Positions 27,997 to 37,422 of a DNA stretch of 64,000 nucleotides are shown here, piece by piece. This DNA comes from Bacteroidales bacterium (GTDB taxonomy: Bacteria; Bacteroidota; Bacteroidia; Bacteroidales; UBA3824). The stretch spans positions 31,494 to 95,493 of the forward strand of contig JAFPZK010000016.1 in the NCBI GenBank assembly GCA_017417315.1, read 5' to 3'. The notes under the pieces are model-generated. The model searched no databases, was not told the origin of the DNA, and was given only the letters and a program-made list of their open reading frames with translations. The number at the start of each line of letters is the position of its first letter. Within the stretch, counting starts at the first letter, position 1. The translations under genes were made by a program, and so were the position numbers.

Positions 27997-28058
27997 ATTG
28001 TCCCTGCCTCGGTCTCCGGTCTTCAAGAGGGACAATTGAAAGACCGGAGTTTCTTTTT
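27997..28058 (+). other. Two interleaved inverted repeats (mutually exclusive hairpins or pseudoknot) ending in a T-run
   Basis: A ATTGTCCCT (27997-28005) pairs with AGGGACAAT (28028-28036). B CTCCGGTCTT (28014-28023) pairs with AAGACCGGAG (28040-28049), followed by TTTCTTTTT. Confidence 0.6.
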
Positions 28059-28134
28059 AGATAAAAAGCGTTCTTGTTGATTAAAAGATTTTTAAAAGTT
28101 TGTCCGTATTCTATTCCTTAGTTATTTTTTATGT

Positions 28135-28569
28135 TTACTTTCTGAAATATTCAGAATCGCTCATCCACGCTTCGATTTCAAGCGGTGTCTCTTCGAGAGA
28201 GATTTTTTCGCTCATCCAAGGCTCTACTTCGAGTTTTTCTTCGGCGTTGAAGTTGATTTCTTCGCTCATCCAAGACTCTACTTCGAGTTTTTCTTCGGCG
28301 TTGAAGTTGATTTCTTCACTCATCCATGCTTCGATTGCCAAAGACTCTTCTTTGTTTACGACAACGGGTTCAAACATCCAACTTTCAAGTTCCAAAGCCG
28401 TTTCTTCAACAGCGTCTTCGCTATCCGGACCGATATTAGCCTCAGTGCCGTCTGCATACTTTAAAGTGTCGATTTTAACATTAGAATAACTGTTTACGGG
28501 ATTCATCATCGTAGCCGCGAACATCGTTACAACGGCAATCATTTTTTTGCTGAACTTTTTCATAATCAT
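28135..28569 (-). CDS. Small secreted acidic repeat protein (six E-x-W-M motifs)
   Basis: Signal peptide, then ESWMFE, EAWMSE, ESWMSE, EPWMSE and EAWMSD motifs spaced about 18 aa apart. Confidence 0.6.
   Translation of the reverse strand: MIMKKFSKKMIAVVTMFAATMMNPVNSYSNVKIDTLKYADGTEANIGPDSEDAVEETALELESWMFEPVVVNKEESLAIEAWMSEEINFNAEEKLEVESWMSEEINFNAEEKLEVEPWMSEKISLEETPLEIEAWMSDSEYFRK
28211..28318. repeat. Two near-identical 54-bp tandem repeats (18-aa units) inside the repeat-protein gene
   Basis: 28211-28264 versus 28265-28318 differ at one position by my reading. Degenerate copies flank them (about 28160-28390). Confidence 0.85.
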
Positions 28570-28965
28570 ACGTGTTTTTTAAAATTAATACTCACTTTTA
28601 TTGTTTTCTTCCGTTTCAACTCCTTATGTGTGTTGGGGAGTTCTTTTTTTTGTTTTTTGCTACAAGTTTTGAAAAAGGACTTATTTCCTTTCAAAACAGG
28701 TAAAGGTAATTTTGTGTCGTCCGATTTATTGTTTTGTGATGAATTTTAGTAAACTTTTAAGAATCTTTTTCAAAGAACGTATATGCTGTAAATCTGTCCT
28801 CAGTATCTCTTCTGATTACGGTGCAAAGATATATCAAAAAACTGTTATGCAGAACACTTTTCTATTTAAGATTTTGTTAATTAAATAATACTTTTATCCG
28901 TCATTTTTTTTGTGTTTCGTATATATTTTTTATTTTTGCGTGATGTTAATTAATATTCTATTAAA

Positions 28966-29505
28966 ATGAAAAAAATATTGTATTGTGCAGCGTTGTTATT
29001 TGCGTTTTACGGTTGTAACAACACGGAAAACGACATAAAAACGCTTAACGTTTTTTTTACGGATTTGTCGGAAGTTTATACCAATGAGTTCAACGGACCT
29101 GATGCGGACGATGTAACGAAGATTGATTTTGCCGTCAAAAAAATGCTTAACAAAAATCCGGAAATGTTTACGCCCTCCGGTAAACGCAGTTACGGAATTG
29201 ATACTGCAAAAGTTCACGCTACGGTGTTGCAGTATTTTTCTTATCCCGTCAAGAAACCGCAAAACACTGTTGACGTAGATTTGACCTCTGACGGCAAATA
29301 CGAAATCCTGAAAGCCGTTTCTAATGAAAAAGTTTTTTCGAGAGTGGAAAAAATTGTGGCAGAACGAAATGATACTTTGCTTTTAGATGTTAACGTGTAT
29401 TCCGGCGAGGAGGGTGCTGAACCGGCGTTGTATAAAAAAATGCGTTCCGTCGTAGTTAGAAAAGATGACGGATTTAGGATTGTATCATATACGCCGTCAA
29501 AATGA
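28966..29505 (+). CDS. Lipoprotein, unknown function
   Basis: Lipobox FAFYGC. No motif recognised. Confidence 0.45.
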   Translation: MKKILYCAALLFAFYGCNNTENDIKTLNVFFTDLSEVYTNEFNGPDADDVTKIDFAVKKMLNKNPEMFTPSGKRSYGIDTAKVHATVLQYFSYPVKKPQNTVDVDLTSDGKYEILKAVSNEKVFSRVEKIVAERNDTLLLDVNVYSGEEGAEPALYKKMRSVVVRKDDGFRIVSYTPSK

Positions 29506-30044
29506 TTTTAGAAAAAAAGACGTTGAGGAAAAAGATTCGGGAACTTAAAACTTCTTTTTCTGTTTCTGAATTAAAAAACTTTTCATCTTTCGTAACGGAT
29601 AAAATTAAAAGTGAAGCATTTTGGCAAAAAGCCTCTACGGTTTTACTTTATTATCCGCTAAAAGACGAACTTGATGTTACACCTCTTATAAAAGATGCGG
29701 CGTTGAATAATAAGACGGTGTTGTTGCCGGTTGTCGAAAACGAAATTTTAAAACTTGGTGTGTATAAAAACGACACCTTATTAATAGAAGGTGCTTTCGG
29801 AATTTTAGAACCGTCAACGGAATTGTTCCCGGAAGAAAAATATTCAGAAATAGATGTTGCAGTGATTCCGGGTGTGGCATTTGATAAAAACGGTAACCGT
29901 CTCGGCAGAGGTAAAGGTTATTACGACAGATTTTTGCCGGAATTAACTTCTGCATATATAATAGGTGTATGTTTTCCGTTTCAAATGTTCGAGGAGATTC
30001 CGTCAGAGGAGTTTGACGTCAGAATGGATAAAGTATTTTGTTAA
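29502..30044 (+). CDS. 5-formyltetrahydrofolate cyclo-ligase
   Basis: GVAFDKNGNRLGRGKGYYDRFL signature, 180 aa. 4-nt overlap with the upstream gene. Confidence 0.8.
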   Translation: MILEKKTLRKKIRELKTSFSVSELKNFSSFVTDKIKSEAFWQKASTVLLYYPLKDELDVTPLIKDAALNNKTVLLPVVENEILKLGVYKNDTLLIEGAFGILEPSTELFPEEKYSEIDVAVIPGVAFDKNGNRLGRGKGYYDRFLPELTSAYIIGVCFPFQMFEEIPSEEFDVRMDKVFC

Positions 30045-30082
30045 TAAAAAAAGGAACGTATTGTTTTTACGTTCCTTTTTTT
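30045..30082. terminator. Bidirectional rho-independent terminator
   Basis: 10-bp stem AAGGAACGTA/TACGTTCCTT flanked by A- and T-runs. Confidence 0.8.
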
Positions 30083-30091
30083 AAAAGTTTT

Positions 30092-30964
30092 TTAGTCTGT
30101 TACAACGACTAATATTTTACTGTTTTCCCAGAATTTTACGGGGTCGGTGATTTCTATTTTTTCAACCGTCTTGCCTTTTTGAACTAATTTGTAAGAACCG
30201 CTCGGATGATTAGAAAGTATCTGAGCCTTTTTAACATTCAAATTGATTGTGTTGCAAGACCTTAAATCAACTTTCGTGAAATAATCCTTGTCCATTCCTG
30301 GACCGATTTTCAAGCCTTTGAAAACGCCGTCTTTTGCTACGATGTTGTGATTCATAAGTTCTTTTTTAGAGCCGACAACATAATATACGGTGTTAAGAGC
30401 CTCGTCCTGAGAAGAAATAATTTCTGATTTTTCATCGCTCAAACGTTGTTCTTCTTTGAGCGTAGAATCAATTATTGCCATCTGAGACTCCAATTGTTGA
30501 ACGTCAAGATTAAGTTTTGATAATTGTGCTTTAAGATCCGTGATTTCAGAATCTTTGCTGTTGATCTGTTCGGTAAGGAGTTGAATGGTTTTTGCCATCT
30601 CCTTGTTTTTGAGACCGTTTTTTTGAAGTTTATTATTTAAGTCGTTGATTGTCTGTTTATTCTTCTGCATCAACTCGTAAATAGAAAGAATGTCGTTGTT
30701 GATTTGGTCGGCAGAAGTTTCATCAAGTTCTTTCCCGTTTCCGGTTTTTACTGAAATTATTTTTTCTTTTTCTTTAATTTTGTTAAGGTTTTCCTGAATA
30801 GAATTGAAAGCCGCAAAATATTCGTCAATTTTTACTCCGCCTGTTGTTGCAACGCTTCTAAGGCTGTCATTTTGCGCTTGAAGTCTTTGAAGTTCATCAT
30901 TATTGCATGACGAACCGATTAACAAAGGTCCCGCAATGGCGACCGAAAGTAGTAATCTTTTCAT
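30092..30964 (-). CDS. Coiled-coil lipoprotein, unknown function
   Basis: Lipobox IGSSC, roughly 150 aa of heptad-like Q/L/N/K-rich sequence, and a globular C-terminus. Confidence 0.45.
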   Translation of the reverse strand: MKRLLLSVAIAGPLLIGSSCNNDELQRLQAQNDSLRSVATTGGVKIDEYFAAFNSIQENLNKIKEKEKIISVKTGNGKELDETSADQINNDILSIYELMQKNKQTINDLNNKLQKNGLKNKEMAKTIQLLTEQINSKDSEITDLKAQLSKLNLDVQQLESQMAIIDSTLKEEQRLSDEKSEIISSQDEALNTVYYVVGSKKELMNHNIVAKDGVFKGLKIGPGMDKDYFTKVDLRSCNTINLNVKKAQILSNHPSGSYKLVQKGKTVEKIEITDPVKFWENSKILVVVTD

Positions 30965-31060
30965 TTTTATTATGTGTTATGTTATGAAAATGTTTATAAA
31001 AACAGCGCAAATTTAAAAAAGATTTTTTGATTATCGTGCCGTAGTAGAGAAAAAAAAACT

Positions 31061-31068
31061 TAATTTTG
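31061..31068 (+). promoter_or_regulatory. TAnnTTTG promoter motif (TAATTTTG) for rsmI
   Basis: Exact motif 20 nt upstream of the ATG at 31088. Confidence 0.5.
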
Positions 31069-31087
31069 CACTTAAAAATATAAAATT

Positions 31088-31774
31088 ATGTCCAAACTTT
31101 ACATTGTGCCTACTCCGGTAGGTAATCTTGAAGATATGACTTTCAGGGCTATAAAAGTCTTGAAACAAGTCTCCTTGATACTTTGCGAAGATACCCGTAC
31201 AAGTGCTGGGTTGTTGAAACATTTTGATATTCAGACACCTACTGCGTCTCATCATAAATTTAACGAGCATGAAAACTGCGAATATTACGCAAAGCGTATT
31301 GCCTCAGGCGAGGATATTGCGTTGATTTCTGATGCCGGAACGCCGGCTGTTTCGGATCCCGGTTTTATGCTTGTCAGGGCTTGTATAAAAGAAGGTGCTG
31401 AGGTGGAATGTCTTCCGGGAGCAACGGCTTTTGTGCCTGCGCTTGTGGATTCTGGTTTCGGGTGTGAAAGTTTTGTTTTTAACGGCTTTTTGCCGCAGAA
31501 AAAAGGTCGTCAAAAACGGCTTTCATACCTTGCCGGTTTGGAAATGACGGTTATTTTTTACGAATCACCTTTCAGAATAGTAAAATTGTTGGAAGAAATC
31601 AAAGAATATTTTTCTCCCGAAAGGCGTATTTCTGTATCACGTGAAATATCAAAACTTTACGAAGAGACCGTAAGAGGAACTGCTGACGAATTAATCGAAT
31701 TTTTCAAAAACAAAACTCCGAAGGGCGAGTTTGTTGTCGTTGTGGATAAAAGAGATGCAGATGTTCAGGAATAA
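31088..31774 (+). CDS. rsmI: 16S rRNA (cytidine1402-2'-O)-methyltransferase
   Basis: MSKLYIVPTPVGNLEDMT..., CEDTR, ISDAGTP and ESPFR motifs. Confidence 0.9.
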   Translation: MSKLYIVPTPVGNLEDMTFRAIKVLKQVSLILCEDTRTSAGLLKHFDIQTPTASHHKFNEHENCEYYAKRIASGEDIALISDAGTPAVSDPGFMLVRACIKEGAEVECLPGATAFVPALVDSGFGCESFVFNGFLPQKKGRQKRLSYLAGLEMTVIFYESPFRIVKLLEEIKEYFSPERRISVSREISKLYEETVRGTADELIEFFKNKTPKGEFVVVVDKRDADVQE

Positions 31775-32420
31775 AAGCATAAAAAAGTCAGGAAAGGTAT
31801 TAATTATTTTTGTTTCGATATTATCGGCGGCATTGTTTTTTTTGAAAGATGTCAACGCACAAGTTTATAAAGCGTATAAAAAACTGTCTTCGCCGGAAAA
31901 GAGTTGGGTTTTGCGCCACCCCGTTGCTGCAAGCAAGACTTACAAAATCCGTGACATTGTTGAAGCACAAGTCAGTAAGTGTAATAAAAACAAAGAATTG
32001 GACGGCGACGGTATCGGTGGACAACTTGATGCTTTTAAACATACTCTTTGGATGGCACTTTGCAGTCAGAAAATAGGAAGAGAAAAAGCCGTCGCCTTGG
32101 GAAAAGCACACGAAGACGGTAACCGATTACAATTTGAAAACGGTGGTTCAAGATATGTGGTTCAGGACAGCGTTTTGAGCCGTATGGATATGTTAAATAA
32201 TGAGGTCGGAGCGGCATTAGGCGAAAAATATCCGACGGCCTCGCTTGACGAAATTGTGGAAATCGTCATGCAAAATGTTTTAGCCGGCAAATGTTATAAG
32301 ACCAAAAAGAATCAAAAACGCCGTTATCTTGACAAAGACGGCAACATTATCGATGAAAAAAAATATGCCGGAATTTGGAATATTCCTAAGGTTATAGTCC
32401 CGTCTGATTATAAATTTTAA
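31761..32420 (+). CDS. Secreted protein, unknown function
   Basis: Signal peptide after MFRNKSIKKSGKVL.., and a DAFKHTLWMA motif. The start is uncertain (ATG 31755 or 31761); it overlaps the rsmI 3' end. Confidence 0.45.
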   Translation: MFRNKSIKKSGKVLIIFVSILSAALFFLKDVNAQVYKAYKKLSSPEKSWVLRHPVAASKTYKIRDIVEAQVSKCNKNKELDGDGIGGQLDAFKHTLWMALCSQKIGREKAVALGKAHEDGNRLQFENGGSRYVVQDSVLSRMDMLNNEVGAALGEKYPTASLDEIVEIVMQNVLAGKCYKTKKNQKRRYLDKDGNIIDEKKYAGIWNIPKVIVPSDYKF

Positions 32421-32655
32421 CAAAGTTTAACAATATAGGTAAAATATGCGTTACAAATATCTGTAATAGGGATTTTTATGCCCAAAAACTATTAAAAAAG
32501 CATATAAAAAGGATAAAATTTTAGTGTTTTTATAAAATTTTCTAAGAAAAATTTGCATAATGAAAAATATAGTTATAACTTTGCAGCGTAATCAATAAAA
32601 CAAGATTACAAACAACAACAACTTTATTTATTAACAACTTTAATTTTTTAAGAAA

Positions 32656-32838
32656 ATGAGAACGATAAAAGTTAAATTACCCTTTACTAAACTTACGGGT
32701 ATTGAAGAGAGACAGTCTAAATTAGGCATGTGGGTTAACGCATTGCTTAACGGTTCAAAAATCAACGTGATTGAAGAATTGCACTATTCGACGGGCAGTT
32801 ACATCGTTGTGGAAAACACCAGAGATTACTCTCGGTAG
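32656..32838 (+). CDS. 60-aa hypothetical protein behind a G-poor CA-rich leader
   Basis: ATG ORF preceded by TAACTTTG (32576-32583) and a roughly 70-nt leader with only four G, followed by hairpins. No homolog recognised. Confidence 0.3.
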   Translation: MRTIKVKLPFTKLTGIEERQSKLGMWVNALLNGSKINVIEELHYSTGSYIVVENTRDYSR

Positions 32839-32881
32839 CAAGCAAAACCCGGATAGTTTTGAATGCGGGTTGTTTAAAGAA

Positions 32882-32914
32882 GAGGATCCATAGAACAGGA
32901 TTCTCTTTTTTTTT
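32882..32914 (+). terminator. Rho-independent terminator
   Basis: 8-bp stem GAGGATCC/GGATTCTC (one G-U pair) followed by T9. A second small hairpin lies at 32846-32871. Confidence 0.7.
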
Positions 32915-33011
32915 GTTTTATATGATAAAAAAAATCATATTTTTTTGCGTAAGGTGAAGTTTTTTTTTAATTTTGCCCCGTAAAAAATAATTTAGAAAAA
33001 GTTTAAGAATT

Positions 33012-33776
33012 ATGTCAGGACATAATAAATGGTCAACCATTAAGAGAAAAAAAGGTGCTTTGGACGCTAAACGTTCAGCAATGTTTTCACGTATTGCAAA
33101 GGAAATCGCTGTTGCGGTAAAAGAAGGCGGTCCCGATCCGGACGGTAACCCCAGACTTAGAACCGCTATTCAGAATGCGAAAGGTGTTTCGATGCCCAAA
33201 GACAACATCGAACGCGCTATCTCTAAATCTGCCGGCGATGGTGTTAACTATCAGGAAATTACATTTGAAGGATACGCTCCGGGCGGTGTTGCAGTTTTTA
33301 TTGAATGTCTTACCGACAACAACAACCGTACCGTGGCTTCGATTCGTTCGATTTTCAACAAGAGAAACGGCAACCTCGGAACTAACGGTTCTTTGAGTTT
33401 CTTGTTTGACAGAAAAGGCGTTTTCACGATTCCCGTTCCCGACGGCAAAGACGTTGATGAATTTCAGATGGAATTAATCGAAGCCGGTGCTGACGATTTT
33501 GACGACGTTGTAGAAGACGAAGAAGAGGGTACAAAATCATTGGTTGCATACACTTCGATGGAAGGTTTTGCAGCGTTCCAAAAACAACTCGACAGTTTAG
33601 GAATAGTTGCTACAAATGCTTCGTTGCAGCGTATACCTAACAATATGAAAGAACTTCCGACCTCTGACGGTGTTTCAGTTTTGAAAATGATTGAAGCATT
33701 TGAAGAAGATGACGACGTTCAGGCCGTATATCACAACCTCGAAGTTACCGAGGAAATGGAAGCACAAATGGAATAA
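33012..33776 (+). CDS. YebC/PmpR-family DNA-binding regulatory protein
   Basis: MSGHNKWSTIKRKKGALDAKRS N-terminus, diagnostic of the family. Confidence 0.9.
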   Translation: MSGHNKWSTIKRKKGALDAKRSAMFSRIAKEIAVAVKEGGPDPDGNPRLRTAIQNAKGVSMPKDNIERAISKSAGDGVNYQEITFEGYAPGGVAVFIECLTDNNNRTVASIRSIFNKRNGNLGTNGSLSFLFDRKGVFTIPVPDGKDVDEFQMELIEAGADDFDDVVEDEEEGTKSLVAYTSMEGFAAFQKQLDSLGIVATNASLQRIPNNMKELPTSDGVSVLKMIEAFEEDDDVQAVYHNLEVTEEMEAQME

Positions 33777-33816
33777 TGTTTTTTCTTCATGTAAAAAAAT
33801 CTCCGTATAATGTTTT

Positions 33817-34743
33817 TTATGCGGAGATTTTTATTTTATCGTATTCTAATTGCCGTTTTAATTCTTCTAACGAGGAAAATTTTTTTTCGTCGCGTAATCG
33901 CCTTATCAGCGTTACCGTTATTTCTTTTGAATATAAATCTCCGGAAAAATTCAGTATATGCGCCTCAAAAAAGATTTTGTTGTTGTCAGCATTTACGGTA
34001 GGATTACTGCCGATATTCAGCATAACGCGGTATTTTATGCCGTTAATTATACAACAGCCTTCATATACGCCTGATTTCGGGACAATTTTGTGTTTGTCGT
34101 CTGATAGAATGTTAGCCGTCGGAAAACCGATTTTTCTGCCGAGATGTTTTCCGTGGACAACTTTTCCCGTTATGAAAAAATTATAGCCTAAAATTTCTGC
34201 AGCTTTATCAACCTTACCTTCATGAATCAGTTGTCTGACCGTTGTAGAAGATACGGGATAATGACTTTCGGTAAAAAGTTTCTGCGTTTCGGTTACCTCA
34301 AATCCCGCCTCTATACCGTATTGTCTGATTACGGAAATGTCAGAAAGCCTGTCTTTGCCGAAATGATTGTTGAAACCTTTGATTAAATGTTTCATTTTTA
34401 GTTTTTTACAAAGCAGGTCTTTGAAAAAAACTTCTGCCGGAAGTCCGGCAAATTCTTTGCTGAAAGGGTGAATTACCAAAAAATCAATACCTGATTTTGA
34501 AAAAGCCCTGATTTTTTCTTCTTTGGAAAGGACAAAACAAATATCAGCACCCGGAAATAAAACCTCTCTCGGGTGCGGCGAAAAAGTTATGACCGCGCTT
34601 TTGAGTTTTTTTCTCATCGCGGTATCTTTCAACTGTTTTAAAACTGCCTGATGACCGATATGCAAACCGTCAAAAGTTCCGACGGTAACACATGTAAAGT
34701 CTTGTATGCACGGAAAATTGTCAATGCCCGATATTATTTCCAT
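33817..34743 (-). CDS. ribF: Bifunctional riboflavin kinase / FMN adenylyltransferase
   Basis: GTFDGLHIGHQ nucleotidyltransferase motif, GFPTAN kinase motif, 308 aa. Confidence 0.9.
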   Translation of the reverse strand: MEIISGIDNFPCIQDFTCVTVGTFDGLHIGHQAVLKQLKDTAMRKKLKSAVITFSPHPREVLFPGADICFVLSKEEKIRAFSKSGIDFLVIHPFSKEFAGLPAEVFFKDLLCKKLKMKHLIKGFNNHFGKDRLSDISVIRQYGIEAGFEVTETQKLFTESHYPVSSTTVRQLIHEGKVDKAAEILGYNFFITGKVVHGKHLGRKIGFPTANILSDDKHKIVPKSGVYEGCCIINGIKYRVMLNIGSNPTVNADNNKIFFEAHILNFSGDLYSKEITVTLIRRLRDEKKFSSLEELKRQLEYDKIKISA

Positions 34744-34752
34744 AACTAAAAT

Positions 34753-34869
34753 TCAAAGGGCGATATGGTGAAACCTCGGACACGGAACGGTCTTATAACC
34801 GCTTCTACAACCCGAAAACGCTGCTAAAAGTATTAAAACCAATACCGCAAAAATTATTTTTCTCATCAT
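34753..34869 (-). CDS. 38-aa putative lipoprotein
   Basis: MMRKIIFAVLVLILLAAFSGC... is a signal plus lipobox. The longer 76-aa track ORF overlaps the upstream gene and is unlikely. Confidence 0.35.
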   Translation of the reverse strand: MMRKIIFAVLVLILLAAFSGCRSGYKTVPCPRFHHIAL

Positions 34870-34948
34870 GTATTCTTGTTTATTTAAAATTGTTATAAAA
34901 AAAGGCTGCCATAATGGGCAACCTTTTATAAAATTAATGTTTCTATGA

Positions 34949-36736
34949 TTAGTCAACAATTGCTTTGAATGCGCTTTCTTCAAAGTAGCGAATGAACTCT
35001 ACGTCGTTTTTAGCGTAGTTTTTGAGTTCAGAGTTCTTTTTGCAAGCGTTTTTCAAATTGTCGATAACACCGTCTTTATCACTGTTTTTAGCAGCAACGA
35101 TTGCTTTGAGGTAATCTACCCAAGCATCTTCGCTTTCAACGTTGTTGAGGGTTGATTTTGCGTCTGCGGTGCTTCTGTTAAGAGTTTCAGCAAGTGCCTT
35201 GTTGAATGTGGGAACAGTACCGAAGTTAACAACTGCTTTGTCATATTCGCCTTCGCGGATATTGATAACGCCGAGGTTGTAACCTGCTTCTTGTGAACCG
35301 AAGTTTTTAGCCTTGTTCCAGTTTTCTTTTGCACCTTCAACTTGGTTGTTAGAATAATCTACAACACCGAGGTTGTTGTAAACTGCACCTTGGTTGCCGT
35401 CGATTGATTTGGCTTTTTCAAACTGAGTTTTTGCAGAAGCCATATCACCGGTTTTAACGTAGTTAACACCTAAGTTGTTGAAACCTCTCCAATCGTTGGG
35501 GTTCTTTGAAGTGTAATCTTTCAACAAGTTGATTTTGGTCTGAGGATCAAGGTCAGCAAGAGTAGAAGCGTAGAGAGCCTCTTCTTTTGAAAGTTGTGCC
35601 GGAGCAGACTTAGCCAAAGACATCAACTCAGAATTTGTTTTTTCTTTGGTTTCCAAAATCGCTTTGATTTCAGAACGACGAAGTTTGGGAAGAACCGAAG
35701 TTTTAAGACCGGTGTAAGCAGCAGAGATGTTTTTGATTTCTCTTTCTCTTACGTTGGGGTCAGAATACATTGAAAGTACTCTCAAAATCAAATCTTTGTC
35801 TTTCAAGTTAGAAGCCTCAGCCTCTTTTTTGAAACCTTCCCAGTCCTCAGCCTGTGTGGTCTGACGAGAAACGATATTGCCGGCACCTTCTACTTTTTTG
35901 AGTTGGTCTTTTGCAAAACCTTCACCCGTTTTACCACGTTGGTCAACCAAGTTAGCGTTCATATCCTCAGGACCGTCAGGAGAAGCGTAAGAGGCAACTT
36001 GAATTGATTTCAAATTCGTGTTAGCGTCTTCTGCTGCTGCTTTAACGTCTGCTACGAAAGTAGAAACTTCGTTTTTCTTCTGCTCTTTTTTGTCAAGAGC
36101 GGCTTTCTGCATAGGATAGTATACGGTAAGGTCTTTGGTTGCAACGCTGCTCTTGGGTTTGTCTACTTTAACCTCTACCAAACGACCCGAACCTGCGTTT
36201 TTGCCGTTATTAGCACCGGAAATGACACCGTTGTCTACTTTCAAACCTTCTTCAACCAAAAGCGGGGTAACGTTAACTCCGTCGCCGATTTTGATGTCAG
36301 CAATGTCAACTGTTTCAGAACCTTTTGTTGCTTTCATGTTGAGGATAAGGTCTGATCTTCTGTAAGGATCAGAATAATCGAGTGTATCTTTGTAAGTGTA
36401 AGAACCTCCGTTTTTGTAAGAAATAGCGGGATTGTTATCCTTAACTTTTTCGCCTTGGATAGATGCCGGTTTCATTTTGATTTCTGCACCGCTGTTCAAT
36501 TCCGATTTCAAAGAAGGCGTACAAACGATATACGCTTTTTTGTCGAAATATTTTGCGGGGAAACTTACCGTAATGCTTACCGGAACTTTGCCGGCGTGCA
36601 TCTCCAAAGGAGACGGAGTAATACTACGCTGAATCAAATTAGCATTGTTCGCCATTTTTTTAAGGCCGTTACAACCGCTTGCTACAAAAGCAGTCGCAAT
36701 CATCAATGCCAAATAGTTGGCAGATACTTTTTTCAT
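34949..36736 (-). CDS. TPR-containing lipoprotein, unknown function
   Basis: Lipobox VASGC. C-terminal TPR-like units (GVNYVKTGDMASAKTQFEKA.., YNLGVINIREGEYDKA). Confidence 0.55.
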   Translation of the reverse strand: MKKVSANYLALMIATAFVASGCNGLKKMANNANLIQRSITPSPLEMHAGKVPVSITVSFPAKYFDKKAYIVCTPSLKSELNSGAEIKMKPASIQGEKVKDNNPAISYKNGGSYTYKDTLDYSDPYRRSDLILNMKATKGSETVDIADIKIGDGVNVTPLLVEEGLKVDNGVISGANNGKNAGSGRLVEVKVDKPKSSVATKDLTVYYPMQKAALDKKEQKKNEVSTFVADVKAAAEDANTNLKSIQVASYASPDGPEDMNANLVDQRGKTGEGFAKDQLKKVEGAGNIVSRQTTQAEDWEGFKKEAEASNLKDKDLILRVLSMYSDPNVREREIKNISAAYTGLKTSVLPKLRRSEIKAILETKEKTNSELMSLAKSAPAQLSKEEALYASTLADLDPQTKINLLKDYTSKNPNDWRGFNNLGVNYVKTGDMASAKTQFEKAKSIDGNQGAVYNNLGVVDYSNNQVEGAKENWNKAKNFGSQEAGYNLGVINIREGEYDKAVVNFGTVPTFNKALAETLNRSTADAKSTLNNVESEDAWVDYLKAIVAAKNSDKDGVIDNLKNACKKNSELKNYAKNDVEFIRYFEESAFKAIVD

Positions 36737-36835
36737 AATTACTATTGAATTTTAATTTTTATTTTGTAATATCTATTTCTTTAATTGATTAAGATTTTGC
36801 AAAAGTACACTTTTTTTCTCAAACGAAAAAAAAAA

Positions 36836-37324
36836 TTATATAATTTTTAGATTTTCCCTCTGTTTTTTGTCTTTGATTAAGCCAAATACGTATCCTAAGG
36901 AAACCGTAACAGAGAGCAAAATTAAAAAAAGTTTTTTCTTATAATCAAAATCACCGTCCGAAACAACTGATACAATTATTCCGATAACAATTCCCGCTAA
37001 AAAGCCGTACAAAGTATAAAGAGGTTTAAACCAATCTTTCTTTGAATACCCGTGCTTTTCTATAAGGTGTTCGGCAACAAAATCCGCAGCCGTTTCCAAA
37101 TCTTTTTTACCTTCTTTGCCTTTTTCCATCATCATAGGATAATGCTCCGATAAGAAAAGCAATGTGTCCATATTCGCTTTACACTCCGAGCATTGACACG
37201 CTTCTTTTTCTGTTATCACGGCAAGCGATTCCAAAAAAGAAATGTTAAAGAATTTAAAATCCTTTGCATTAATTTTTTCAGAATTGTCCGAAACATTGTT
37301 TTTTATTTCTTCGGCTAAAATCAT
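36836..37324 (-). CDS. Hypothetical membrane-anchored protein
   Basis: CQCSECK motif and two C-terminal TM helices. Confidence 0.4.
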   Translation of the reverse strand: MILAEEIKNNVSDNSEKINAKDFKFFNISFLESLAVITEKEACQCSECKANMDTLLFLSEHYPMMMEKGKEGKKDLETAADFVAEHLIEKHGYSKKDWFKPLYTLYGFLAGIVIGIIVSVVSDGDFDYKKKLFLILLSVTVSLGYVFGLIKDKKQRENLKII

Positions 37325-37422
37325 AACGTCATTTTTTTTCTTTCAAATTTTAATCCAAAAGTATAAAAAAATACATAAATAAAATAATTTTTCATATTTT
37401 TGTAAAAATTTTTCAAAAAAAA

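Noticed and set aside
33776-34186. 136-aa plus-strand ORF after the YebC-family gene
   Set aside because: It is antisense to the 3' half of ribF, which has unambiguous motifs.
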